A stretch of 64,000 nt of DNA from Octopus sinensis (Eukaryota): assembly GCF_006345805.1 (NCBI RefSeq), contig NC_042997.1:135966001-136030000 (forward strand), given 5' to 3'. Both the position numbers and the translations under genes were made by a program. The notes under the pieces are model-generated. The model worked only from the letters and a program-made list of their open reading frames with translations. It ran no database searches and had not been told where the DNA came from. This document shows, in pieces, positions 26,237 to 40,851 of this stretch; positions within the stretch are counted from its first letter, which is position 1; every line of letters begins with the position of its first letter.

Positions 26237-26855
26237 TACATGTTTGTAACTCATTTATATTTTATTCACCTAACTTGGAATCTGCACTTCGGAAATACTA
26301 TAGAAGGTGCTTTGATAAAAGCACATATCTGAAGTACCAAAAGCGGATATCCTCACTTAGCTGGGTTGCGTTTTCTGCACACACGGCAGGAATAGCAGGT
26401 ACGAACACCCCTGCATGGAGTTTTGATATTCAATATTCAATTAATTTTGTTTGGGTTTGCGTATTATGCCGACCCAAAAAACCTTAGCTATTTCTTCTAC
26501 TTTAAAAAGGGACACCCAGAGAAACCAAAATACTTGAAAACAATTCACATAAGTAGAGAGGAAAGCAACGAAAATCAATGAATATCTGGTCATCCATGGA
26601 CGCGCGTATCGGAATTAGATCGGTATAAAGAATATAGAATTATACTTTACCAACCCTTTTCCTCATCAGCATGGCATTCCTCAATAATTAAATATTGAAA
26701 TATTGAAATATCTCTCCACCTAACGGTATCAGACAGATCATATTCAGTGTTAGTACCGCCGAATTCAAAATATGAATGAAGTTTTTCATGCCGAATTCTA
26801 CTTGGTGAAATTATTGATTACTTGTTAATTAATTAATTTTACCCTTTGTTATTAT

Positions 26856-26945
<90 letters not shown>

Positions 26946-27105
26946 CATACACATATATATATATATGTGTGTGTGTGCGCGTGTGTGTGTGTGTGATATG
27001 TATGTATGTATGTATGTATATGTATGTATGTATGTATGTATTATGTATGTATGTATGTATGTATGTACGTATGTATGTATGTATATATGTATGTATGTAT
27101 GTATG
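26856..27105. repeat. (TA)n/(TG)n/(TATG)n compound microsatellite
   Basis: Directly visible. Confidence 0.95.
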
Positions 27106-27512
27106 ATCATAAAAAGTCAGTAGTGTGAAATAAATATATTTATTTAATCATTTGTCAACCTTAGGACCATGGCCTTTTGGCAGCCTTTATTGGGTAATAA
27201 TATTTTCAGTGGATATAAAATATTTTACCATACACTAAAATTATTATTACATGCTGAACGCTGCAAAACGACCGTGCTCCAAAGGATGACAAGTGATTAC
27301 ATAAATATATTCACCTTTGACACCTCCTGTCTTATTATAGGTTATATATACGTCTCATGAAATAATTTCAGCGATTCATTATCCTGGATTTCAGCTGTAC
27401 AGAATGTATTATACTCCACCGTATTGAATTACTACGTGATCTGCCAACCGGGTCCGTTAGAGGAGCTTCCCCTGACTGCTACACAAGATTCCATATATTA
27501 CAACACAAGCTT

Positions 27513-27558
<46 letters not shown>

Positions 27559-27561
27559 ACA

Positions 27562-27670
<109 letters not shown>

Positions 27671-28100
27671 TAATATTTCTAAGACTCTCTAAAAGAGACT
27701 ACGACAGAGGTACTGGATAGTAATAGTTATCGCCAAGCTAATATGGCAGTCCAGAAATATAGGACGAATGCTGCCGTTGATTAGCTCCAAGAGGCCATCG
27801 CCTCTAGTTATGTGCCACACGAACCTTTGTCCATTATAACCTTCGAACAGGGGAGGTCAGCCGCTTCTCCTTGCTGGTCAGGCATCTGCAGACTAATTTC
27901 AGGGTATTTGCCCCTTATCAATAAAGAGCAGTCGAACCCAGCAGGCGTCGCTACTGACAGTCTGTTCGGAGGATTATTTACTTATATTCAGTGGAATACA
28001 TCCACTGGTTTTCAAAAATAGAAATATTAATATTTCTAAGTCTCTCTCTAAAGGAGACTACGGCAGCGGTGCTGGATATTAATAGTTATCGCCAAGCTGC
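27671..28100 (-). mobile_element. Unit of about 358 bp plus partial tandem repeat, PLE pseudo-LTR-like, next to (TA)n
   Basis: taatatttctaag.ctctctaaa.gagactacg.cag.ggt.ctggata.taatagttatcgccaagct at 27671 and again at about 28029; decayed hammerhead core on the minus strand at 27891-27921. Confidence 0.55.
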
Positions 28101-28189
28101 GTCTTCTGTTGCACGTTGTCAAAGGTTCAACTTCCTTTCAAGATCTTCGTGCCGTTAATGGCCATATTAATGGCCAAAGAGGCCTGCTC

Positions 28190-29915
28190 TAAATTAGGTC
28201 ATCTTGATAACGATGACCACTATGACCTTGCCCTCTAAGAAGCATCAATGTTGCATTCCCTCATTAATCTTCGTAAACTTTCGCCGTTATGCTGGTGTAC
28301 TGGAAGAAATATGGCGACAGCATGTGCTTGGACATCCTTATGCAACCTCGTTACGCATCAACTGACATGACTTTACAGTTTACAACTGCAATGTACAAAT
28401 GTGGACTCATACTTCTAGAAGATACCATTTTGGAAATGGGTGGTCGTCTCTTGAACAACAACTATGTCGAATCCCCTTACAGAGAAAATGAGGCGCTGTT
28501 TAATCGGCACTGACTAAGGGAGACATACTATGACGCTGCCAGGCTTCTATCCTACGTTGAAGAAAGAGAACAGTTTTTGACAGTGCTTGAAGACACCACA
28601 GATGGCATCTTCTTCCTTGATGCGTCAGGTGGCACAAGAAAGGCATTTCTCCTCAACCTCCTTCTTGCCAAAGTGGACAGATTACCATTGCAATAGTGTC
28701 TTCAGGAATAGCATCCACATTGCTAGACGGTGGCAGAACAGTCCATTCAACACTTAAGCTTCTCCTTAACATCAGACATGTTGAAAATCCTACCACCAGT
28801 ATAAACAAGAATTCTGATGGGGCAGTTGTCTTTCAAAAATGCAAATTGATTGTCTGCAAATTGATTGTCTGGGACGAGGGAATAATATCCCTTAAGAATG
28901 CACTTAATGCAATCGACACATCGCTACAAGAGATGCGCTACAACTCTAAACAGTTCGGAGACGTCGTTATTCTTCTTGCTGGTGACTTTCGTCAAACCCT
29001 TCCTATTATCACAAAAGGCACACCAGCTGATGAATTAAACGCTTGTCTTTAAAACTCTCATTTCTAGTGCTCTGTCTTGTCGAAAATGTTGACCATAAAC
29101 ATGCGTCCCATTCTCCACCGACAAGATTATGACAATTACTTTGCTTCAAAGTAATTGATGTCGAAAATGGGAGCTTACCACTCGAAGTAAACGATTTGGC
29201 TGACATAAGTACCATCCGTAACTACGTCTCCAGCTTTAAGGAGCTATGCACAACAGTTTACTCCAACCTCTCTACCAATTACGTTAGTCATGAACGGATG
29301 TGTGAAAGAGTCATCTTAACTCCAACAAATGCCACCGTCCAAGCCCTAAACACATGTCTGCTTCGTCAACTTCTTACCCAAGAACGATGCTATGCTTCGG
29401 TTGATTCAGTTACTTATCCAACACAAGTAGCGTTTTTCCCAACAGAGATTTTAAACTCACAAGAACCATCAGCATTGCCAGCGTGTAAACTTGGCCTTAA
29501 ACTTGATTGTCCTATTATACTCTTGAGGTTGTCCTGTTATACTTTCCTCGGCTTTGCAATGGCGCTCGATTGGCTGTTAAGCAAATGTTGGAAAACGTTC
29601 TTGAAACCACAATCATCACAGAAAAAGGCACTGCCGAATCTGCTTTTATTCATCGAATTCCACTTATTCCGACTGACTGTGTTTTTGCGATGATAAGAGT
29701 CTAATTCCAGATTCGATTAAGTTTTGCCATGACCATTAACAAACCCCAAGATCAGTTACCAAAACTGGTTGGGATGGACCTCAATACACCATGCTTTTTC
29801 ACACGGAAAGCTGTACGTGGGGTGTTCCAGAGTTGGAAAATCGACGAATCTATTCTACTATGCTCCCGAAAGATTGACAAAAAAACGTAGTTTACGAGAC
29901 AGCCCTCCAACAGAT
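28190..29915 (+). pseudogene. Helitron Rep-Hel PIF1-like helicase domain, degraded
   Basis: FFLDASGGTRKAF (Walker A relic, 28619-28648), SSGIASTLLDGGRTVHS, IVWDE, LLAGDFRQTLP, LTINMR, ERVILTP.N, LCNGARL, RIPLIP, RLSFAMTINK; multiple stops and frameshifts. Confidence 0.9.
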
Positions 29916-30770
29916 ATTCCGTTAAGTTGAAATCCTCTTCGGGTTGGCCTTTATTGCTCTTACTTACTCCTCACGATAGGTTACGTTAATCTTCCAACAA
30001 ATGCCCGTTGTTAAATTCAAGCATTTTCTCATTTCAATGCACAGCTTCCTAGATGTCTCAGATAATTTCATATAGCAATTAAACATATTGCTTACAGATT
30101 GCCTTCGTGTCCATGGAAATGTTGTGTATGCATTTTCTACCGATTGTTCAGCCAGCCAGTCAATTAAACAGCATTCCGAACGATAATTTTTCATATTTTC
30201 ACATTTTAATACACGACATCTGCAAATAAAACATGTTCCTTTTTGAATACCACTTATTTTTGATGTAACGTCTCAACTATGTCAGATAATCCTCAATTTT
30301 AACCATAAACAGAAACGGAACTACACTATTTTAGACTCCAGCTCTTTCACCAACTTACACCGTCTAATGGACGGGGGTGACGTATGTAACTGTGTGCATA
30401 AATTTTACACATTAGGAAACGGGTCAAATCAACATTCAAGTCGAAGTAGAGGATTCACCATCCTTGTTAACATTTAAGTTTTTAATGAAAGTTCATATTC
30501 ATCTCACTGTATTACAGTAAATTAAGAAGCACTGATATACATACATAAAACAAAACGTACAAATCTGCACACATACATATTAAAATAGCCCGTTGATGCT
30601 GTTGAAATTCCATGAAGGTACCTTAGATCTGGGTTAGAAATCGATTGTTTCTCTATTGGCAAGAAATCTTGAAATACAAGTGAATAATAACATACACACA
30701 CAAAGAGAACAAATCGAAACGTGTTGTACTTAATAAAATCTAATACACATTCCATCTATTTTATTAGTAC

Positions 30771-31130
<360 letters not shown>

Positions 31131-31135
31131 TATAT

Positions 31136-31208
<73 letters not shown>

Positions 31209-31285
31209 TGTAAACAAAACCGAAGGCTTTGTAAGTTACCGAGAAAGAGCGACTGTGAACGTCTTTTTTATACTGTAATAACTTT

Positions 31286-31343
<58 letters not shown>

Positions 31344-31368
31344 TGATAATAACAATAATAATACATAT

Positions 31369-31616
31369 GCTCCCCTATAAATCGACATTTATCTAAACAA
31401 TTGACTGAAAAAGGATGAGCAAAGCCAGTCCACCTATCAACACTAAGACGGCTCCTTGTGAATCCGATTGGTCTAATACACTCATTCGTGAGCGTATTGG
31501 CTCAATCGGATGCGCAAGGATCCATGTTAGCGTTGATAGGTGGGTTCGATTCTGGCTTGGGTTAGCTGTTAATTTTTCAGTTAATTGTTTAGATAAATGT
31601 CGCATTAAATCAGAGC
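31369..31616. mobile_element. Whole-length fold-back element (MITE-like), about 250 bp
   Basis: cgacatttatctaaacaattgactgaaaaa / tttttcagttaattgtttagataaatgtcg and inner arms cacctatcaac...ctca TTCG tgag...gttgataggtg. Confidence 0.8.
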
Positions 31617-33721
31617 AATATATATATAATCGTTTTTTTATTTTTATTTTTTTATATAGACACCAGATGAAATCCAGAGGTTCTCAGTATAGAAACCCAA
31701 AACAATAGTAGTTTTAAGAAATAGTAGAAGTTGATGGTTTGCACTTTTACCTTGTATTTCAATATTTCCTCTTTTTGTATTGCGAAGAGATTTCTGACAA
31801 CACCATTTCTCCGGAAGTTTCTTCTCTGTGTGTTTGTATGCAATTTATATAACGCATACGCGCAGAGACATATATATATATATATATATATGTTTGTATT
31901 ACCAACTTGCTTTGGCTCTCAGCTCCTTGACTGTGTCACATGGCATGACCTAAGGCGTGTTTTGAATATATTACTTGAGGAGGCAGTGTCAATGCCTGCG
32001 TATGTCTAACGGCTGCCGGTTTTTTGTAGAAGAGAGTGAGACAAACACAAAGACGTGAGAGAACACTTGACCTCAGTTTATGACTAGTATTTCCTTTTTA
32101 CTCCCCACCCTATGTATAAATGATAAGGAAGAATTCAACGGAGCATAAACTCGGAGCGAAGACAGCCCGACATATTACCGCTGAGCTTAATGTTTCTATC
32201 TGAGCTAAATTAACTTCGACAAATTTCAACCTAAGTATACGCACGCGGGAGTGCATGTGTGTGAGTGTGCCTGCACATGTGTGTGTGTGTGTTTGTATAT
32301 GTATGTATGTGTGCGCGTGTGTGCGTGTGTGTGTGGGGGGGTGCAATGAAACCAGATTGTCATTCCTACATTGGATCTATAGGCGCTCTAATCTAATCTT
32401 CGTATAATCTTCAATATATTTTTTTATCCACTTTGTCATACGTACCAACCATTTAATATTCCAGAAGTTGCAACTGACTTGGAATAAATCGTCTTCATGA
32501 TTTTTATTTTTATCTTTTACATATATATTCGCAACCTGTATTTACCATAAGCGTTAATGACCAGAAACATTCGTATTACGCCTGGACTTATTTTGTTGAT
32601 AGATTTAATTACAGGTTTAATAATGACAGCTATCATGGTAACATGAAGCATTCAATCGAAGCTGTTGAACACAGCTTATTGGGGAGAAAAGCATAATTAC
32701 TACCACGAGATATAGAAGATAAGCGACAAGTACTAAATTGAAACATGAACTTGTTATAATTATCTCATAAATGAAACTTTAAAGAATATAAAACTTATCT
32801 ACAAAACGATGTACTTGTGAAATTATTCTTTTGCTAACAACAGAATCGATAAAAGCTAAATATAAACATGTAAAACTGCTTTTTCTGATCTTGCTTCCCA
32901 GATGGGTTTTTTTTTTATACATTATTCTTAGATTGTTAAAGTGATACTGAATCGCAGCTGGCTAACTCAGTAGAGTATCAGGCTACATGAGAATTAGTCA
33001 AAGAAACGCTACTCCCTCCCTGTGTTTTTACAAGTGCGAACATACAAGCAATGACATGTGTATAAACACGCACATACATATGCACACCCAGATATGTGTG
33101 TGCATATATATGTATATATATATATATATTTGAAATGAGGGTGAGAAATTAGATATTAATTTAATTAACATCGATTTCACACCAGTGATCTAGCGTATAA
33201 GAAAAATTGAAGGTTCAGTAAAATTGTATTATATAGATATTAGAGGGAAACCACTATGTGGACACCCTTATGCTAGAAATAGATTCGCTATGGTCTTACC
33301 ACTAAGTGGTTTCCCTCTAATATGTATATATATATATATATACATTCACACACACACAAGGTTGCGAATGTAAAATCTAGATGAACTTAAAAACATACAA
33401 ATCGTTCAGTTAATGTCAAGCCTAATAGCAATAACTGGGGGCACCATAGTTCGCTTAACTAGGGAATTGTGATTAGCTGAAGCATAATGGGATGCTGTTG
33501 GTTTATCTTTTTTTTTTTTAATGAATTTCTCGTGGTACCATTTGAACATCATAGGCGCTTCTACATCTGCGTAACTGAGTTGGCATCGTAAGTACACAGT
33601 GACTTGACAGTGTATATGTGCGCTCCGAAGGAAGATATTTAATACGCACACGCACATATATATATACATAGATTCACACACACACACACAGACACACACA
33701 CACACAAACACACATACACGT

Positions 33722-33756
<35 letters not shown>

Positions 33757-34078
33757 CGTGTGTGTGTATGTGTGTGTGTCTGTGTGTCTGTGTGTTTGTG
33801 TGTTTGTGTGTGTGAGAGAGAGAGTGTCTAATGATGAAGCCAAAACGAATAATGATAATTAAAATCATTTAATACGTACGTTTCTCATTGCTTCAAAATC
33901 ATTCTCATTGCTAATATTGCTCATTTGAAACCCACTCTAAACTAACCGATCTTGTATCATCAAGAGCAGTTTGGTATATTTGACTCGGGTCGAAAATTCT
34001 GACGTTCTGCAGCGCTTCTTCGCAAGAAACGAAACACCACACACACACACACAAACACACATACATGCATGTGCGTGT

Positions 34079-34154
<76 letters not shown>

Positions 34155-34825
34155 AATAGTAAGCCGGAATGGTTTATTTAAACATACCCTATGTTTAGAG
34201 ATGTAGCAAATAAAATTTAGCAACGCGAATTAAATTTTTTTTCGTTTAACCAACGCTCAGAAAGTTTCAAAATCGCGGTACATTCCTCTCTAGTACAGCA
34301 ATTTAATGAGCAGAATTTGTAACTACGAGGCTATATGTTATCTATTATACTTTGCAAATGCATCATGTTTACACCTTCCTTGAATACAGATGTATACGCT
34401 GTACTATGCAAAGACGCTTCGTGTAATAATGAATTTAATAGGTTTCGTTTCTTTTACTTCCAACATACCATTATAGGACGCATTAGCGCCACATTATCTC
34501 ATTTCGGTTGCCTACAAACTTGGGCAATATTGCCTTGCCTATATCATCAAGTTAGAAATATAGAAACAGCAAATCGCTGGACCTGCATATTTTATGTGGT
34601 CACATTTTTAATGTTATCAATTCAAATAATATTTAGCATACTCTGTTAGGAACTTCATTTACTTCAAAACTTACTTCCCCAATTACTGCCCTCTGCCAGC
34701 GTTATAAATAGATATTTAACCTCATATTAGCAACATACTTCAACACATAGATTTCAAACGCCACTGTGCTTCATTTGCTTCTTATTTGTACCTTGTTCAA
34801 TGATATAATTAACGAATATCTATTG

Positions 34826-35060
34826 AAGGTGGCGAGCTGGCAGAAACGTTAGCACGCCGGGCGAAATGCGTAGCCGTATTTCGTCTGCCGTTACGTTCTG
34901 AGTTCAAATTCCACCGAGGTCGACTTTGCCGTTCATCCTTTTGGAGTCGATAAATTAAGGACCAGTTACGCACTGGGGTCGATGTAATCGACTTAATCTC
35001 TTTGTCTGTCCTTGTTTGTCCCCTCTGTGTTTAGCCTCTTGTGAGTAGTAAAGAAATAGA
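34826..35060 (+). mobile_element. Full-length SINE of the ggtggcgagctggcaga family
   Basis: ggtggcgagctggcagaaacgttagcacgccgggcg...gagttcaaattcc (B box)...gtcgataaattaag...tagtaaagaaat. Confidence 0.9.
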
Positions 35061-36518
35061 TATAATTAACGCTAATTCTGTAATTCCAACCAACAATCTA
35101 TTAAACTTCCTATACAAATAAATATTTAGCCTCGCATACTGTGGCAGATGTAACAGATTCGTAAGTGCGATTTTCATGTTATAGGGATTTTTGATTTTGT
35201 TTCTCTTGTGTTCCTCCCAGTTCGGATACAGGGAAATTGTTTTTAATACATTGAAACAATCCAGCAGATTTCGCAAATTTCTAACCATTGTTGGCTTTGT
35301 ACCGCTTTGAGAAATTAAGAACATAAAATGGTGTGTACGGAATAGCTTAAAAACAATTTCTTTTGCGATAGTAGTCAATAGTTTATTTATGTTTTTATCA
35401 CACTCACAAAACTGAAATTTGGTAGAACGAGTTCAGTCTATGAAATCTATGTCAACACACGACTATATTCATTTTATCGATTCCGAACATTGAAATTTCA
35501 GCAAAATGAAATTACTAAAATATTCAGTACCAGCAATATAAGGGCGAGAACCAAGTAATGAGACAATTTTGATCTCATGTTCTTCCCTGTTGGAATGATA
35601 TGAAGTCTTTATAAATTGAATCTAATAAAGTAGTTTTCTTTAATGAGTATATTTAGACATAGAAAGATAAGCAGAGGAAAGAAACTAGAACAGCGCTTCA
35701 TTACCTGTCGATGACCGGGATAAAATATTTCTGAAAGCATTCAAGCGAATGAACACAGCTATTTTGATCTCTACATATGGCCACTAAAATGATCTCTCGC
35801 TCTTTCTCCTTCCCAAATAAAGGAGTAAGAACATGTCTTTTTTTTTTAATCTTACCAGTAAATAACACTTCAATAGATATAAACTTCCCACGGTAGAAAC
35901 ACATGATAAGGAAATACAACATAATGAATACATACTGATTAAATTAACTGGAACGTGTTAGGTCAATCTATATAAACTGATAAGACTTTCTATCACTGCG
36001 TGCAAGAGTAATGTCTCTTTTAAATACCAACCAGCTATGTATAATCTGAAAATAAATAATTGTATACTCATTCATCAAACTGGTATTCGTTAAGAGCAGT
36101 GATGGCAAAGATTTTTATTTAAGTTCTTTAACAATTTTGTTATTGAAGTGTCACGTACATACACACATGTATTTCACTTCTAGTAAATGGTTATAGATAA
36201 GGTTTTCAGAGTGAGCTATTACGAAGATTTTTTTTCGGTATTCCTACCGCATCGCCTAAAAACTCGCGGCATATCATTACTGACACGTGTATCATAGGCC
36301 CACCATCTCTAACTTAGAGCTTCACGCTTCTCATTTGTAACGCATTTTTTATAGATTTGTTTCATCCTACCATGAATTACTATATTCGAGTAAGTGCCAT
36401 ACGAATAATTACGAACGAGTAACTACGAACCTGGCAGTGTTTAATTATACTTCCTTAAATACAAGACATAATTACCAAACGTTAGATTGCTCGATTGTTG
36501 ACAAGTCGATCAGCCTGT

Positions 36519-36670
<152 letters not shown>

Positions 36671-36674
36671 CAGA

Positions 36675-37090
36675 CATTTTATTTGTTTCTCTCATTTGAC
36701 TGCGGCCATGCCGGGGCAGCACATTGAAAGGTATTTAGTCGAACAAATTGACCCAGGACTTTCTCTTTTCATAAAGAGTTTGGTACTTATTCTACCGCTC
36801 TTTTGCCAAACCGCTAAGTTGCAGGGGCGTAAACACCAACACCGGTCGTCAAGTGGTGGAGGGGGAAGAAACACACGCACACAAAAACACTCACAGACAC
36901 AAAGACACACACACAGAGACACACATATATACGACGAGATTTTTTCAGTTTCTATCAGCCAGATCCACTCACAAGGCTTTGGTCGAACCCAGGCTTTAGT
37001 AGAAGACGCCTCCCCAAGATGCTACGCAGTGGAACTCAACTCGGAGTCACGTGCTCGGGAAGCAAGTTATTTGAAACACAGCTACGCCTA
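36675..37090 (-). mobile_element. SINE of the 7558 family, reverse orientation
   Basis: Reverse-complement match over the full length (tttgactgcggccatgc..., gatccactcacaaggctttggtcg..., agaagacgcc). Confidence 0.85.
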
Positions 37091-37095
37091 TATAT

Positions 37096-37129
<34 letters not shown>

Positions 37130-37460
37130 ATAGGTATATATATGTGCGTGTGTGTGAGCATACCTACATATATATATGTATATATATATATGTATATATA
37201 TATATGTATATATATATATCCACACACATATACACATGTATATGTGTGTATGTATATGTACATATACATATGTATATATATGTGTGTGTGTTTGTGTGTA
37301 TGTGTGTGTGGGTGTGTGTGTGTGTAAAATCAAAATAAGCAACAGGATATCAAGTAGTAGTTCAGTACGACCGTTTCAAGCGATTCCATTTAATTGAATA
37401 ATGCAACCATTACATCAATGTAAATGTGGTGCTATCTTCAGCTGCACAAAATATTTTAAT

Positions 37461-37888
37461 AGGCGCAGGAGTGGCTGTATGGTAAGTAGCTTGCTAACCA
37501 GCCACATGGTTCCGGGTTCGGTCCCACTGCGTGGCATCTTGGGCAAGTGTTTTCTGCTATAGCCCCGGGCCGACCAATGCCTTGTGAGTGGATTTGGTAG
37601 ACGGAAACTGAAAGAAGCCTGTCGTATATATGTATATATATATATATATGTATGTGTGCGTGTGTGTTTGTGTGTCTGTGTTTGTCCCCCTAGCATTGCT
37701 TGACAACCGATGCTAGTGTGTTTATGTCCCCATCACTTAGCAGTTCGGTAAAAGAGACCGATAGAATAAGTACTGGGCTTACAAAGAATAAGTCCCGGGG
37801 TCGATTTGCTCGACTAAAGGCGGTGCTCCAGCATGGCCGCAGTCAAATGACTGAAACAAGTAAAAGAGTAAAAAAGAGTAAAGAGTAA
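37461..37888 (+). mobile_element. Full-length young SINE
   Basis: Near-identical to 7558-7972. Confidence 0.92.
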
Positions 37889-38656
37889 TAAAGTAAGAAG
37901 ATGGAAAAAAATCATTTTGTCGCTATTGTAGTAAAGTGGCTAAGAATAGATTACAATTTCTTAGAATCGCTTGGAGCATAGTGGGGGTCATAGGGTTGTA
38001 ACGTTTGTAATTCGTTTCTAATTTATTTATGTTTTTATCATCTATTAAATCTGAGACTAGAAGCCTGTGTCTATTTTGAATAAAGAACAAGTTGACAGAT
38101 TTTGGCTAGGTATTGGCATAAATATTATCATAGGTATCCTTTTTCCAATTGACTCTTCCAAATCTTTTATTTCGTTTCTCATGGGGATAAGGGATACCTA
38201 TGGTAATATTTACGACTATACCTAGCCATGAGGTGGCAATTCACTCTTGCTTTGTATTAAAAATAGACACAGTCTCCTGGCCTTAGATTTAATAGATGAT
38301 AAAAAGATAAATAAATTAGAAATGAATTACAGCCCTTACAACTCTATGACCCCACTATGCTCCATGCGAATCTAAGGAATTTTAGTCTATTTTTGACCAC
38401 TCTGCTACAATACCGACAATGTGAATTTTTTCCATCTTCTTACTCTGTTAAAATATTTAAGAAAAATTATTTTAATGTGTCCTACTTGTTAAAAAAATTC
38501 TACATTTTGTGCAGAGATAGCATTGCATTTAAATTGGTGTAATGATTGCATTGTTCAATTAAATGGAGCAGCTTCAAACCATTGTACTGCATTACTACTC
38601 GATATCCTGTTTCTTATTTTGATTTTATTCACCTTATTTCGGGTTGTGCAGATAAT

Positions 38657-38935
38657 ACCGGACTGACACGGTAAGAAATTTGCTTCCTAACTACATTGTT
38701 TCGGGTTCAGTCCCACAGCGTGGAACATTGGGCAAGTGTTTTCAACTATAACATCCAGGTAACCAAAGTCCTGTGAGTGAGTTTAGAAGACAGAAACTAA
38801 AAGAAACCCATCGCATATGTCTGTGTGTCTTTATGCCTTTGTTTTTGTACCCCCACCCAGCGCTAGATAACCGGTGCTGGTTTGCTTACGTCACAGTAAT
38901 TTTGCAGCTCAGAATAAGAGTTCGAAGGTATAAAC
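38657..38935 (+). mobile_element. Diverged SINE of the 7558 family
   Basis: gggttcagtcccacagcgtgg..ttgggcaagtgt...gtgagtgagtttagaagacagaaactaaaagaaaccc. Confidence 0.7.
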
Positions 38936-40458
38936 AACATTCTTTAAAAATAAGTTCTTAATATAAAAAGTTGAATAAGTACAAAATATGATTTTTCACT
39001 TCGAATAAGTAAATTCAATTTAATACTCTTCATACCAAAGTACATATTTAAAAAACAAAACATAATTCACACCGAATGCAAACTGGATTTATGATGAAGT
39101 CGAATCTATATAACAGTAAAAATACGAATCCGAAATAATTATGAGCAAAGATAATTAATGGAATAGTTATGCCAATTAAATAAATTATTACATAATTATT
39201 TTTGATTGATTACTTGTAACGTTATAAAAAAACTATCATTCATAGACTGAATTATTGCGTAAAGATGACATTTGTGCACAATGGTTTTGTCAAAATTGAG
39301 TATACAATAATTTAACCTAATTATTTTTTAATATAACTTAATTTCAATGAACTAAACAACTTTCTTGTGATAAAAGGATGCCACAGTATGTACAACATAT
39401 AGTGATTCCAATATATTTGAGCAACAATGCTAGTCCCATACCTTTTAAAGTTTATTTATTACATTCGAACATTTTAAGGCAACGCTTGTAATATTTTAGA
39501 TATATTTTGTATTTCTCCTAATGGTGTAGCAGCTAATGGGTGTGCGTCTGTGTGTGTGTGTGTGTGCGTGCTTGTTCCTGCGTATGTGAGTGTGTAAATG
39601 TACTTGTGCAGTCTTGTTTTTGTGTGTATGTGTGTATGTGTTTGTGTGTGTGTGTGCGTGTGTGTGTGTATGTGTGTGCGAGCGTGTTCTTGTATAGTCC
39701 CACACATCTTGTTTAATTTACCTTGAAGATTAATAGCAATCAATGCCATATATATTTATGTCTTTCGCATTTCTTCTCATCAATGGTATTCCATGTTGCA
39801 ATATTTTGGCTCTTTGGACTATAATAACATGGACTACAATAACTAATATGGCTCTTTCGACATTTCTTTCTCATTTCTTCTTGGAAATTTACGGATTTTA
39901 ACATGCACAGTTGAAGCAGATAAGAACAAATATGCTACAATTTTCTCAATTTAAAATGTCGCATTGCTTTTGCTATATCTACATTCCACACACATAAATT
40001 CATAGAAACAGAACACGCTCGCACACACGCACACACGCACACACACTCACGCACACAAGAACAAGCACGCTCACGCACACACTTACAAACACACAAGAAC
40101 AAGCACGCACGCGCACATACACACACTCACTCACACAAGAACAAGCACGCACACACACACACACGCACACACACACGCAAGCACACACACGTAGATCCAT
40201 TAGCTTCCCCTTCCACTTCGACACATCAACAAGAACAAGCACGCACGAAGACAGTTCCAAGCCAAACTTTCGCTCATTGATTGATGATGACTGAAAATTA
40301 ACCAATAAGACGCAATCACCACGCAAAAGGGCCACGGCCCCCTTACACTTTTATTCGCAAGCTGGGCATGTTTTATCAGACACGCAGTAGACTCGACTAT
40401 AAAATTTTGTTGTCTCACAGATACATGCATATATATATATATCCATACATACATCACA

Positions 40459-40851
<393 letters not shown>

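Noticed and set aside
33406-33843. 145-aa ORF or possible exon with a gtaagt donor near 33587
   Set aside because: Half of the ORF is microsatellite; the plus-strand exon candidate has stops in all three frames; no recognisable motif.
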